Source: a virus (lineage: Duplodnaviria; Caudoviricetes). Taken from it: a DNA stretch of 28,777 bases. Position numbers and translations under genes: made by a program. The notes under the pieces are model-generated. The model was not told the origin of the DNA, did no database searches, and saw nothing but the letters and a program-made list of their open reading frames with translations. Shown piece by piece: positions 18,435 through 26,934 of the stretch. Positions within the stretch are counted from its first letter, which is position 1. Every line of letters starts with the position of its first letter. The stretch spans positions 1 to 28,777 of IMG/VR virus record IMGVR_UViG_3300016476_000586. One strand, written 5' to 3'.

Positions 18435-18440
18435 TATTTA
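18435..18440 (-). promoter_or_regulatory. T4-like late promoter core TAAATA for the HNH-like gene
   Basis: atTAAATA on the minus strand, 5 nt before ATG 18429. Confidence 0.6.
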
Positions 18441-18477
18441 ATCCAAACCTTTGCAAAGGGCAAGCAAACAGCCCATA

Positions 18478-18524
18478 TTTCACATCTTCCGATAAATATT
18501 TGATATGTTTATAAGGATGTGAAA
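18478..18524 (+). promoter_or_regulatory. Late promoter TAAATA (18493-18498) embedded in a hairpin covering the tail sheath SD
   Basis: The outer stem is tttcacatc(tt) / (ag)gatgtgaaa and the inner stem is ataaatat / atgtttat. The AAGGA SD lies in the 3' arm. Confidence 0.7.
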
Positions 18525-18525
18525 C

Positions 18526-21500
18526 ATGGCCTTAGTTTCTCCAGGCGTACAAGTAACAGTAACAGATCAAAGTAACTATGCTCCAACAGCATTAGGTTCT
18601 GTTGCTTATATTTTATTAGCAACCGCCCAAGATAAAGTTGCTCCAGGTGGTACTGCAATCGCTGCAGGTACTTTGCAAGAAAATGCAGGTAAAATTTATA
18701 CAATTACCAGTCAGCGAGATCTAGTAACAACATTTGGAACACCGGTATTTAAAACAACTAGCTCCGGCGCCCCTATTAATGCTGCTGAGCAAAACGAATA
18801 CGGACTGCTAGCAGCATACAGTGCTCTTGGCGTAAGTAACACAATGTATGTGCAAAGAGCCAACGTTGATTTGGCTGCGCTAACAGGAACCACTATTCGT
18901 CCATTGTCTAATCCTAGCAATGGCGCATTTTGGCTAGATACCAGCTTAACTAACTGGGGTATCTATGAGTGGAATGCTGGAACACAGAACTTTGTACAAC
19001 AACCAGTTACAGTAATTAATTCTGATAGCTTATTAGATAACGGCTTTACACCTATTTCTAGCGTCGGCGCAATCGGCGATTACGCAGTAAACGTTGTTGA
19101 TGATACTAATCCAATTTTCCACAAAGGAAGAAATAACAAATGGAATTTGGTAGGAAATACTGCTTGGCAAGCCAGCAACCCTGTAATTGCAGGCTCTACT
19201 GCAAACCCAGTAGTTGCCGCAAATGGTAATATCAGTATCAACGGAACAAGTATTGACGTATTCATTGGTAACACAGTGACACAAGTCAACACTGCAATCG
19301 CAACCGCAAATATTACTGGCATTTATTCAACAGTAAGCAACGGTCGTCTAATAATTGCAGGTGACTCTACTGCCACAAATGGTTTTGTTAATATTGCAGA
19401 TGTAACAGGCAATACTCTAACTACATTTGGTATTAGTGCAGGTTCTTATCATGTTCCAAGCACACAAGTTAGCCCATATTTTAATATTCCAAATTGGCAA
19501 GGCAACGTTTCTACAGGCGCTGGCTACCCAACAGGATCTGTATGGCAAAAAGCTAGCCAACTTGGTTCCGGTTTAAACGCAGTACTAAAACAGTTCAACG
19601 GCGTTACAAATGCATGGGCAACTCAAACTGTTCCTTCTTATGCTAACGTTTTTGCTGCAACATACGGCTTAGATCCAACAGGTGGCGGCACAAATATTCT
19701 GCAAGGTCTAACTTTCGCACAATATAACACATATGAAACCACAATTTCCACTCTAGGAACTTATTTGTGGTACAGACAAAATACAGGACCTACAACTGTA
19801 ACAGCTAATACTATTGGTGCAAGTAATACAATTAATATTGGCGATAGCTTTACTGTTAAGACATTCTCGAATGTAAGCACAGGAGCTACTGCAACTTACA
19901 CAGTAACAATTTCTACAGCCACTCAAGACGGTTTTGTAGCTGCGGTTTCTGCTGCGAATATTCCGTATGTAACTGCTGAAGTAAATTCTGACGGTGCTCT
20001 AGTTCTTACACATGCACTAGGCGGCGACATGCAAATTAATGACGTTAGTGGTGTGTTGGCCAACGTTGGGTTTAACACTACAGTTAATAACTACTATCCA
20101 ACTCCAGCTGGAACAGCAGATGTTTATATTGCATCTAACTGGCAGCCTCTAAGCAGTGTTGGCAATGGTTACTACTCACAACCATCCCAACCATTCGAAG
20201 CACCAGTTAACGACAAGTTCTGGTACTACAATACACCTGCCAGAGCTGACATTATGATCAGCAACGGCAGTGCATGGGTTGGTTATAGAACACTAAACTC
20301 CGACATCCGCGGATATAACCTAAGCGCAACTAACCAAGCTGGTCCTATCCTAAGTGCTACTGCACCAACAACACAAGATAATGGTGCTGCACTTGTGCTA
20401 GGTGACCTATGGTTAGACACCAGTGATTTAGAAAATTATCCAAAGATTTACAGATACCAAAATGTGTCTGGTATTAATCAGTGGGTATTAGTTAATAACG
20501 CTGACAATACAAGCCAAAACGGTATTATATTTGCAGATGCTCGTTGGGGAACTTCGGGATCCGTTGATCCTGTACTAGACGCAATTCCAACTATTGCAAG
20601 TTTAGCAACAAGTAGTTACGTTGACTTAGACGCTCCTGATCCAGCATTCTACCCACGTGGTATTCTGTTGTTCAACACAAGAGCTAGCGGTTATAACGTA
20701 AAACAATATAAGTCAGAGTACTTTACAGCACAAGCTTATCCAACAGTATCTGGCGCAATCTTAGCAAACACAAATCCTGCAACATGGGTAACTGTAAGCG
20801 GATTTGATACAAGTGGCGTTCCAAACTTTGGACGCAAGGCTCAACGCGGCGTTGTAGTTGCAGCACTAAAATCTGCAATTGACAGCAGCACAGCATTGCG
20901 CGAAGATCAGAACGTATTCAACTTGATTGCTTGCCCAGGATATCCTGAGTTAATTCCTAACATGATTGCATTGAACGAAGATCGCGGTCAGACAGGATTT
21001 ATTATTGGTGACACTCCAATGAGATTACCTGCTACAGGAACTGATATCCAGGCTTGGGCACAAAACAGCACAGGTTCGACAACAACTAGCGAAGATGGTT
21101 TAACAACTATTAACCCTTATGTTGGTGTATACTACCCAAGCGGACAAACAAACGATCTAAGTGGCGCTCCAGTAGTTGTACCACCAAGTCATGCAGTAAT
21201 TCGTTCTATCATTAAGAGCGATAACATCAGTTATCCATGGCTAGCACCAGCTGGTACACGCCGAGGCCTAATTGACAACTTAAACGCAATCGGATACGTT
21301 GATCCTACAACAGGTCAATTTATCAGTATTGGCGTAACACAAGGTCTACGCGATGTAATGTACACAAACAAGATCAACCCATTGACAAACTTACCTGGCA
21401 CTGGATTGGTTGTGTACGGACAAAAGACTCTAAGTGCTACACCTAGCGCAATGGACAGAATCAACGTAGCAAGACTAGTTAACTATCTAAGACTACAGTT

Positions 21501-21807
21501 GAACACACTAACAAGACCGTTCATCTTCGAACCAAACGACCCAATTACACGCAAGGGTGTAACCGCAGTTGTTTCTAGTTTGTTGAACGATCTGATCGCA
21601 AAACGTGGTATCACTGATTACCTAGTAGTTTGCGATACAACTAACAATACTCCAGAGCGTATTGCTAGAAACGAACTATATGTAGACGTTGCCGTACAGC
21701 CAACTAAGGCCGTAGAATTCATCTACATCCCAATCAGATTGAAGAATCCTGGCGAAATTCAAGCTGATAACCTAGCACCAGCAGCAACAGTAGGAACAGG
21801 AGCATAA
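18526..21807 (+). CDS. gp18: Contractile tail sheath protein (T4 gp18-like) with large insertions
   Basis: N-terminal LVSPGVQVTVTDQS. The C-terminus has PWLAPAGTRRG, LxxNKINP-like YTNKINPL, GQKT, DRINVARL, FEPND, VVCDTTNNTP and PTKAVEFIYI. Confidence 0.96.
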   Translation: MALVSPGVQVTVTDQSNYAPTALGSVAYILLATAQDKVAPGGTAIAAGTLQENAGKIYTITSQRDLVTTFGTPVFKTTSSGAPINAAEQNEYGLLAAYSALGVSNTMYVQRANVDLAALTGTTIRPLSNPSNGAFWLDTSLTNWGIYEWNAGTQNFVQQPVTVINSDSLLDNGFTPISSVGAIGDYAVNVVDDTNPIFHKGRNNKWNLVGNTAWQASNPVIAGSTANPVVAANGNISINGTSIDVFIGNTVTQVNTAIATANITGIYSTVSNGRLIIAGDSTATNGFVNIADVTGNTLTTFGISAGSYHVPSTQVSPYFNIPNWQGNVSTGAGYPTGSVWQKASQLGSGLNAVLKQFNGVTNAWATQTVPSYANVFAATYGLDPTGGGTNILQGLTFAQYNTYETTISTLGTYLWYRQNTGPTTVTANTIGASNTINIGDSFTVKTFSNVSTGATATYTVTISTATQDGFVAAVSAANIPYVTAEVNSDGALVLTHALGGDMQINDVSGVLANVGFNTTVNNYYPTPAGTADVYIASNWQPLSSVGNGYYSQPSQPFEAPVNDKFWYYNTPARADIMISNGSAWVGYRTLNSDIRGYNLSATNQAGPILSATAPTTQDNGAALVLGDLWLDTSDLENYPKIYRYQNVSGINQWVLVNNADNTSQNGIIFADARWGTSGSVDPVLDAIPTIASLATSSYVDLDAPDPAFYPRGILLFNTRASGYNVKQYKSEYFTAQAYPTVSGAILANTNPATWVTVSGFDTSGVPNFGRKAQRGVVVAALKSAIDSSTALREDQNVFNLIACPGYPELIPNMIALNEDRGQTGFIIGDTPMRLPATGTDIQAWAQNSTGSTTTSEDGLTTINPYVGVYYPSGQTNDLSGAPVVVPPSHAVIRSIIKSDNISYPWLAPAGTRRGLIDNLNAIGYVDPTTGQFISIGVTQGLRDVMYTNKINPLTNLPGTGLVVYGQKTLSATPSAMDRINVARLVNYLRLQLNTLTRPFIFEPNDPITRKGVTAVVSSLLNDLIAKRGITDYLVVCDTTNNTPERIARNELYVDVAVQPTKAVEFIYIPIRLKNPGEIQADNLAPAATVGTGA

Positions 21808-21808
21808 T

Positions 21809-22420
21809 ATGGCAGTTTCATCATTAACAAGATTCACAGTACCACTGGGTGGAAACCAAAGCGCATCCACTCAAGGTCTGTTGATGCCAAAACTTAAATT
21901 TCGCTTTAGAGGCGAATTTGAGAACTTTGGTATTAGTAACCCAAAAACAGAGTTGACAAAGCAAATCATGACATTTGCTCGTCCTCAGGTAACATTTGAT
22001 CCTGTTGAAATTCCTGTTTATAACAGTAAAGTCTATATTGCTGGTCGTCCAACATGGAACGCAGTAAGCGTAACATTGCGCGATGATGCAGGCGGTAACG
22101 TAAGCAGACTAGTTGGCGAACAGCTACAGAAGCAGTTCGACTTTATGGAGCAGGCTAGCGCAGCTTCTGGAATCGACTATAAGTTTATTTCTAGAATTGA
22201 AATGCTAGACGGTGCTAACGGTAATACTGAGCCTCAGGTACTAGAGTCTTGGGAACTATACGGTTGCTTCTTAACAGACGTAAACTACAACGATGTTGAC
22301 TACGGTAGCAATGATCCAGTGACAATTACAATGTCTATTCGTTATGACAACGCCATTCAAACCACAGGCGGCGTAGGTACAGCAGTACCAAGAACCAACG
22401 GCGGCGTAATTACTGGTTAA
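21809..22420 (+). CDS. gp19: Tail tube protein (T4 gp19-like)
   Basis: Directly follows the sheath gene. It has IAGRPTWNAVSVTLRDD and ESWELYGCFLTDVNYNDVDYGSNDPVTITMSIRYD. Confidence 0.9.
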   Translation: MAVSSLTRFTVPLGGNQSASTQGLLMPKLKFRFRGEFENFGISNPKTELTKQIMTFARPQVTFDPVEIPVYNSKVYIAGRPTWNAVSVTLRDDAGGNVSRLVGEQLQKQFDFMEQASAASGIDYKFISRIEMLDGANGNTEPQVLESWELYGCFLTDVNYNDVDYGSNDPVTITMSIRYDNAIQTTGGVGTAVPRTNGGVITG

Positions 22421-22432
22421 TATAACCAAAAC

Positions 22433-22459
22433 AAAAGCCCCACGTGAGTGGGGTTTTTT
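22433..22459 (+). terminator. Rho-independent terminator after the tail tube gene
   Basis: aaaa-gccccac-gtga-gtggggt-ttttt: a GC-rich stem, GNRA loop and T-tract. Confidence 0.9.
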
Positions 22460-22464
22460 ACGGC

Positions 22465-22470
22465 TAAATA
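22465..22470 (+). promoter_or_regulatory. T4-like late promoter core TAAATA
   Basis: gcTAAATA lies just after the terminator and 5 nt before ATG 22476. Confidence 0.7.
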
Positions 22471-22475
22471 TTTGT

Positions 22476-24941
22476 ATGCCTTCTTTGTATAATGCCAATC
22501 TTAAACCGCTAGAGCCAGGTGTAGCCACACATCCGTACGATCACGCCACTAAGCTATTCATAGCGGATAATATGAGATTGGCTCCAAAGCAGAGCTTCTT
22601 ATATTATGTTTGTATAAACATTGATGTTGGGATATTACAAAACTTATTAACAAATTCGCAAAGCTTGCAAGATCCTGCCAGTACTCAAAGCTTAGTTGAA
22701 CAATATGAAACTGGACTTATGGCCAAGCGAGTTGACTTACCAAAGTTTAGCATAGCAACAAAGACCATGAATGCGTATAATAGAAAAAATATTATACAAA
22801 CAAATATTAGCTACGACCCTATTACTATTTCATTCCACGATGATGCAGCAGATGTTGTAAACAAATTTTGGAACGATTACTATACCTACTATTATAGAGA
22901 CAGTGATTATGATGCTGCTCTATACGGAGTACCGCATAAGTATCAACCCAGACTTCGAGAAGGATGGGGCTATTCTCCAAGAAACGGTACTACTAAACAG
23001 TTTTTAAGAAATATTCAAATATTCAGTTTACACAATAAAAGATTTACAGAATACCTTTTAGTAAATCCATACATTACAAGTTGGCGACACGGTGAGCATA
23101 ACTCAGAAGCAGGTTCGGGCATTATGGAAAATCAAATGACCATTGCCTATGAAACTGTAAAGTATAGGACTGGTTTTATTAATCCTGTGGATGTAAATGG
23201 ATTTGCTGTCATTCACTACGACAACTTTAACAGCCCGGTTAGTGATAGTGTAACTAACATTTATACAGATGCTGGTATACTGGGAGCAATTGATGGCGGC
23301 TCTAAAGATCTTGCAAGGCCAGATGGCACTGGCAGCGGTAGCGGAATTTTGGGCAGTATTTTGGGAGCTTATCGATCTTATAATCAATTAAAAAGTGCAA
23401 ACTTTAGCAGCCTGGGCGCAATAACATTGGGGCAAATCGGATCTCAAATTATTAACGGCGCGATTAATGGTGCAATTAACAATATTTTTGTTCCAACTTC
23501 ATCAAGCGCAGCTGGATACGGCACAGTTTACGGCAGCAGTCAAGTTTACGGCAACTCGGGAGTTTTAAGTTCATATCCTTATGCCATTGGCGTTCCAAAT
23601 TCAGGAGCAACTATTGCTGGTAGCGCAGTTAATCAATTAGTGGGCGCAGCAATCAACTCTGTAGTCCCGAATACTAACTTCTACGTGCAAGGGCTCACAA
23701 CAAATCAATCTGGACCTCCACTTACATCGGCCCAGCAAGCTGTTTATCAGTTCCAAGGAACTAATACAAACACAGTCCCAATTTTAGTAAATGCACAAGG
23801 TCAGCCAGTTACACAACAGCTTACATATAGTACATATGATACGCAAGGTAATTTTATTAGCACTGAGCAAACACTAGGCGATAGTACAGGTACTTACAAT
23901 CCTAACAATAATAAATTAAATCTTCAAACAGTTGGAACTTATGTCGGTCAAGACGGACAAACTATGTATGCTTATAACTATACCGACGGAACTCGTCGCA
24001 TAGTTAACGATAACGGAACATACGAACAAATATTCCCTGGCAGCAACTATGGTAAACCTACAGTATTAATAGGCCCAACAGATACTAGAGTTTTAGCAGC
24101 AAACGGACAAACTATCAATCCTGCTGCTCAACAATATTACACAGTTAATGGTGTAACATATGTCGTTAATCCAACAGGCGGCCAAGCTACAAATATTGTT
24201 GCGCAAGGCGTTGGCGCTATCGGTGGTGGCTATGTGGGTGCCACACTGTACGAAGCGTTAGCTCAGACTGGATTAGGAAAAACAGTAATAGGTCAAGCTG
24301 TTGCGGGAGCAACAAGCGGAGCCCTTGCAATGGCAACTAGCAAAGCAATTGAATCGGGTTTAACACCTATATTCAACAAAATCAGCCAAGATTTTACGCA
24401 AGGTATTAGTAATCTAACCGGTGCTATTACAAATAAAATAGGTTCATGGACTGGTACAGGCGGATATAATCCAATGGATATTACTAAAAACGTTGCCACT
24501 AAATCAATATTTGACGACGGTAGTACCTTATACACATATAAAGACGGTACAAGTCTTAGCATCGACACAAATGGTGTAAGGACAGTAGTAAGTCCAGGAA
24601 CTAATGCTGGCTCTGGTTGGTGGCCATTTGGTAGTACAACTCCGGGCGTAAACGTTGATGGAATAACAACTCAAGCTGGATCGGCTTCGATTATAACAGA
24701 TGGCTACGGCAATCCTATTTTAAATGGGTCAGGTGGCTATTTGACTACCACAGGATCAAATGCCAGCTTCTTGGGCAGCGGCGCAGATCAAGCATTTAGT
24801 AATTATTTTGAAAGCAGCGGCAATACATTAAATCCTTTATCAACGGATTTTAATTTCGATCCTGCAGGACTATATGGGTTAGACACAGTTTACACAGTAG
24901 ACGATTTTGCAGGTTTCGACTCATCTTTACTTGGCATTTAA
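22476..24941 (+). CDS. Tube-fold baseplate/tail-tube initiator-like protein (gp19/gp54-like N-terminus) with long Gly/Thr/Asn-rich extension
   Basis: The first ~250 aa have KRVDLPKFSI...YDPITISFHDD...FWNDY...YLLVNPYITSW...MTIAYE, a tube-protein pattern. The rest is low complexity. Confidence 0.65.
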   Translation: MPSLYNANLKPLEPGVATHPYDHATKLFIADNMRLAPKQSFLYYVCINIDVGILQNLLTNSQSLQDPASTQSLVEQYETGLMAKRVDLPKFSIATKTMNAYNRKNIIQTNISYDPITISFHDDAADVVNKFWNDYYTYYYRDSDYDAALYGVPHKYQPRLREGWGYSPRNGTTKQFLRNIQIFSLHNKRFTEYLLVNPYITSWRHGEHNSEAGSGIMENQMTIAYETVKYRTGFINPVDVNGFAVIHYDNFNSPVSDSVTNIYTDAGILGAIDGGSKDLARPDGTGSGSGILGSILGAYRSYNQLKSANFSSLGAITLGQIGSQIINGAINGAINNIFVPTSSSAAGYGTVYGSSQVYGNSGVLSSYPYAIGVPNSGATIAGSAVNQLVGAAINSVVPNTNFYVQGLTTNQSGPPLTSAQQAVYQFQGTNTNTVPILVNAQGQPVTQQLTYSTYDTQGNFISTEQTLGDSTGTYNPNNNKLNLQTVGTYVGQDGQTMYAYNYTDGTRRIVNDNGTYEQIFPGSNYGKPTVLIGPTDTRVLAANGQTINPAAQQYYTVNGVTYVVNPTGGQATNIVAQGVGAIGGGYVGATLYEALAQTGLGKTVIGQAVAGATSGALAMATSKAIESGLTPIFNKISQDFTQGISNLTGAITNKIGSWTGTGGYNPMDITKNVATKSIFDDGSTLYTYKDGTSLSIDTNGVRTVVSPGTNAGSGWWPFGSTTPGVNVDGITTQAGSASIITDGYGNPILNGSGGYLTTTGSNASFLGSGADQAFSNYFESSGNTLNPLSTDFNFDPAGLYGLDTVYTVDDFAGFDSSLLGI

Positions 24942-24947
24942 TCAATT

Positions 24948-25328
24948 ATGAATCCTGAATTTAATCCTCAACAGCCCAGTAATTTAACACCTAGCGGTAA
25001 CAACCCTACGACAAATTACTTTAATAATATTTTTATACCTGCATATACTGTTAGCGACAATACCAATGATGCTATAACTAGCTTTTTTGAACAGCAAACA
25101 GGCAATTTAGAGAGTGCCAAATTACTAGCTCAGGCTCTAATTAATACCGCCCAAGCAGAGCGTGCAGACCCTTTAGTAATTTTAGATCAATTTAAAAATA
25201 TACCTAGCGGTGACTTAAACACTGTCATGGCACTTTACTTTAACACATCTCGTGTTGGTACTAGTTTGTTAGGTATACGCAACGAAACTAAAACTAGCCC
25301 TTACGTATCCAGAACAATTTTAGTATAA
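24948..25328 (+). CDS. Hypothetical protein in the structural operon
   Basis: 126-aa ORF tightly packed between its neighbours. No family recognised. Confidence 0.7.
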   Translation: MNPEFNPQQPSNLTPSGNNPTTNYFNNIFIPAYTVSDNTNDAITSFFEQQTGNLESAKLLAQALINTAQAERADPLVILDQFKNIPSGDLNTVMALYFNTSRVGTSLLGIRNETKTSPYVSRTILV

Positions 25329-25766
25329 ATGGCATCTAAATTTAGTCAGGGCAAATACACTATTAAGAATCCCGAAAAATATGTGGGCAAGAAGCAACCC
25401 ACATATAGGAGCAGTTGGGAATTTAAATTCATGCAATTTTGTGACGATAACCCAGCAATATTGCAATGGGCTAGTGAAGCCATACATGTAAATTATGTAA
25501 ATCCTTTTACACGTAAACCGACCATTTATGTTCCCGACTTTTTAATAATTTATGTAGATGCCCAAGGAAATAAGCACGGCGAAGTGATCGAAATTAAGCC
25601 CAGAAAAGAAACAACAATGGAAGCCGCCAAAAGTGCTAGGGATAAAGCAGCAGTGGTTTTAAATATGCACAAATGGCAAGCTGCACAAAAATTTTGTGCC
25701 CAGCAGGGTTTAAAATTCAGGGTTGTTAACGAATCCGATATTTTTGTTGGCACATCGTCCAAATAA
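25329..25766 (+). CDS. gp4: Head completion nuclease (T4 gp4-like, TnsA-N/PD-(D/E)xK fold)
   Basis: GKY..KNPEKYVG...YRSSWE..FM..CD.NP.ILQWASE...YVPDF...IEIKP...N..KW.AA...FRVVNE. Confidence 0.9.
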   Translation: MASKFSQGKYTIKNPEKYVGKKQPTYRSSWEFKFMQFCDDNPAILQWASEAIHVNYVNPFTRKPTIYVPDFLIIYVDAQGNKHGEVIEIKPRKETTMEAAKSARDKAAVVLNMHKWQAAQKFCAQQGLKFRVVNESDIFVGTSSK

Positions 25767-25769
25767 ATA
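25764..25769 (+). promoter_or_regulatory. T4-like late promoter core TAAATA
   Basis: aaTAAATA overlaps the gp4 stop codon, 5 nt before ATG 25775. Confidence 0.6.
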
Positions 25770-25774
25770 TTGGT

Positions 25775-26266
25775 ATGACACGTAAACTTGAAGAATTATT
25801 CAATTTGCCCGAATCGGTCCCTGAGACTGCTACTCCGGAGCAAGCGGCATCGATTACTGAAGAACAGCAAACCGTTTTTAAAGAAATTGACTCTGCAATA
25901 GATAAAATAGACGCAGCTTTACCGGGCGTAAAGGGCTTGGATGCTAGCGATGCGGAAATGGACGAGCTAGCAGAACTAGCCAAAGACAAGTTCAATGATT
26001 TGATGGATTTGGGCATGAATGTTGATAGTAGATTTAGCGGTCAAATATTTCAAACAGCTGGAGTATTACTGGGGCATGCCATTTCAGCTAAACAAGCAAA
26101 ATTAGATAAAAAATTACGTATGGTCGATCTGCAACTTAAAAAGATGAGATTAGATCAGCAAGCAAAAGCAGCAGGGGAGTTACCTGCAGGCACTGTTGAA
26201 GGCGAAGGAGTTGTGGTAGATCGCAACGCACTTTTAGCTCAAATTTTGAACAAGCCTAAGCAATAA
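25775..26266 (+). CDS. Helical protein, possible terminase small subunit
   Basis: 163 aa, acidic and helical, with a central coiled coil and a C-terminal VVVDRNALL. Size, architecture and context resemble small terminases of T4-like phages, but there is no diagnostic motif. Confidence 0.45.
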   Translation: MTRKLEELFNLPESVPETATPEQAASITEEQQTVFKEIDSAIDKIDAALPGVKGLDASDAEMDELAELAKDKFNDLMDLGMNVDSRFSGQIFQTAGVLLGHAISAKQAKLDKKLRMVDLQLKKMRLDQQAKAAGELPAGTVEGEGVVVDRNALLAQILNKPKQ

Positions 26267-26280
26267 TTGCCAAATTCTGC

Positions 26281-26286
26281 TAAATA
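26281..26286 (+). promoter_or_regulatory. T4-like late promoter core TAAATA
   Basis: Intergenic gcTAAATA, 19 nt before ATG 26306. Confidence 0.65.
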
Positions 26287-26305
26287 GATAATAATAGGAA
26301 TCTTT

Positions 26306-26932
26306 ATGTTTAAGAGTTTTAAAACTTACCTAACTGAGAGTCACAGGACCTATGATTTTAGAGTTCGAGTAGCTGGCGACCTAACCAGCGAAATGCTAGA
26401 TAAATTCAAGCGTGTATTGGAAACATACAAGGTAGAAAGTGTTAGCAGTCCTAAGAGATTGCCAATACAAGAAACACCAGAATTTCCAAACATGGGTGCT
26501 GTACAAGTAAACGTTTTCGATGTCAGCTTAGCTTATCCAGCAAATGATGCGCAAGTGCACAATTTGTTAGCAGAATGCGGTTGTGTTGCAGCAGCTTGTA
26601 TTAAAGTTCATCCCGCCAACAGCCCATACGAAGCTGTACTTGCAGGAACAGAAGTGAGCAATAAAGATGGCAAAGAAGGCGAAGCTGTATTGTTAAAAGA
26701 CGATATGAAAGCAGATGCAGTCCCCGAAGATCTAGTAGGAGACAAGCGTGTACCTAACTTAATTAAAGAGTTAGAAGAAACACGCAAATATGAATACCCA
26801 GAAGTTGCTGGCGGCAGCACACCAAAAGCAAAAACAACAAACGAGATTCCTACTGGTGATGCAAGTCCTATCGGCACACACAAGAACAAAATACCATCAC
26901 CAAAGAAAATGACAGCAGGAAATGGAAGATAA
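26306..26932 (+). CDS. Putative internal head/prohead-associated protein
   Basis: The N-terminus MFKSFKTYLTES resembles the T4 capsid-targeting sequence type. TAAATA and an AGGA SD lie upstream. Confidence 0.6.
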   Translation: MFKSFKTYLTESHRTYDFRVRVAGDLTSEMLDKFKRVLETYKVESVSSPKRLPIQETPEFPNMGAVQVNVFDVSLAYPANDAQVHNLLAECGCVAAACIKVHPANSPYEAVLAGTEVSNKDGKEGEAVLLKDDMKADAVPEDLVGDKRVPNLIKELEETRKYEYPEVAGGSTPKAKTTNEIPTGDASPIGTHKNKIPSPKKMTAGNGR

Positions 26933-26934
26933 TT

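Noticed and set aside
9648-18483. Longest-ORF starts at 9648, 14010, 14035, 15568 and 18483
   Set aside because: Each lies upstream of or within the inferred promoter. The downstream ATGs (9663, 14055, 13984, 15589, 18429) fit better.
18526-24941. Bacterial contractile injection system (eCIS/tailocin/T6SS) instead of a phage
   Set aside because: Head-related genes (gp13, gp14, gp4), the dNMP kinase and T4-like late promoter motifs indicate a true phage.
25329-25766. TnsA-like nuclease as evidence of a Tn7-type transposon
   Set aside because: Its motifs and context match the gp4 head completion protein, and no other transposition genes or terminal repeats are seen.
462-26016. Short antisense or alternate-frame ORFs nested in long genes (e.g. 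462-818, 6573-7004, 11575-11805, 14290-14718, 25726-26016)
   Set aside because: They overlap well-supported genes and show no recognisable motifs or expression signals.
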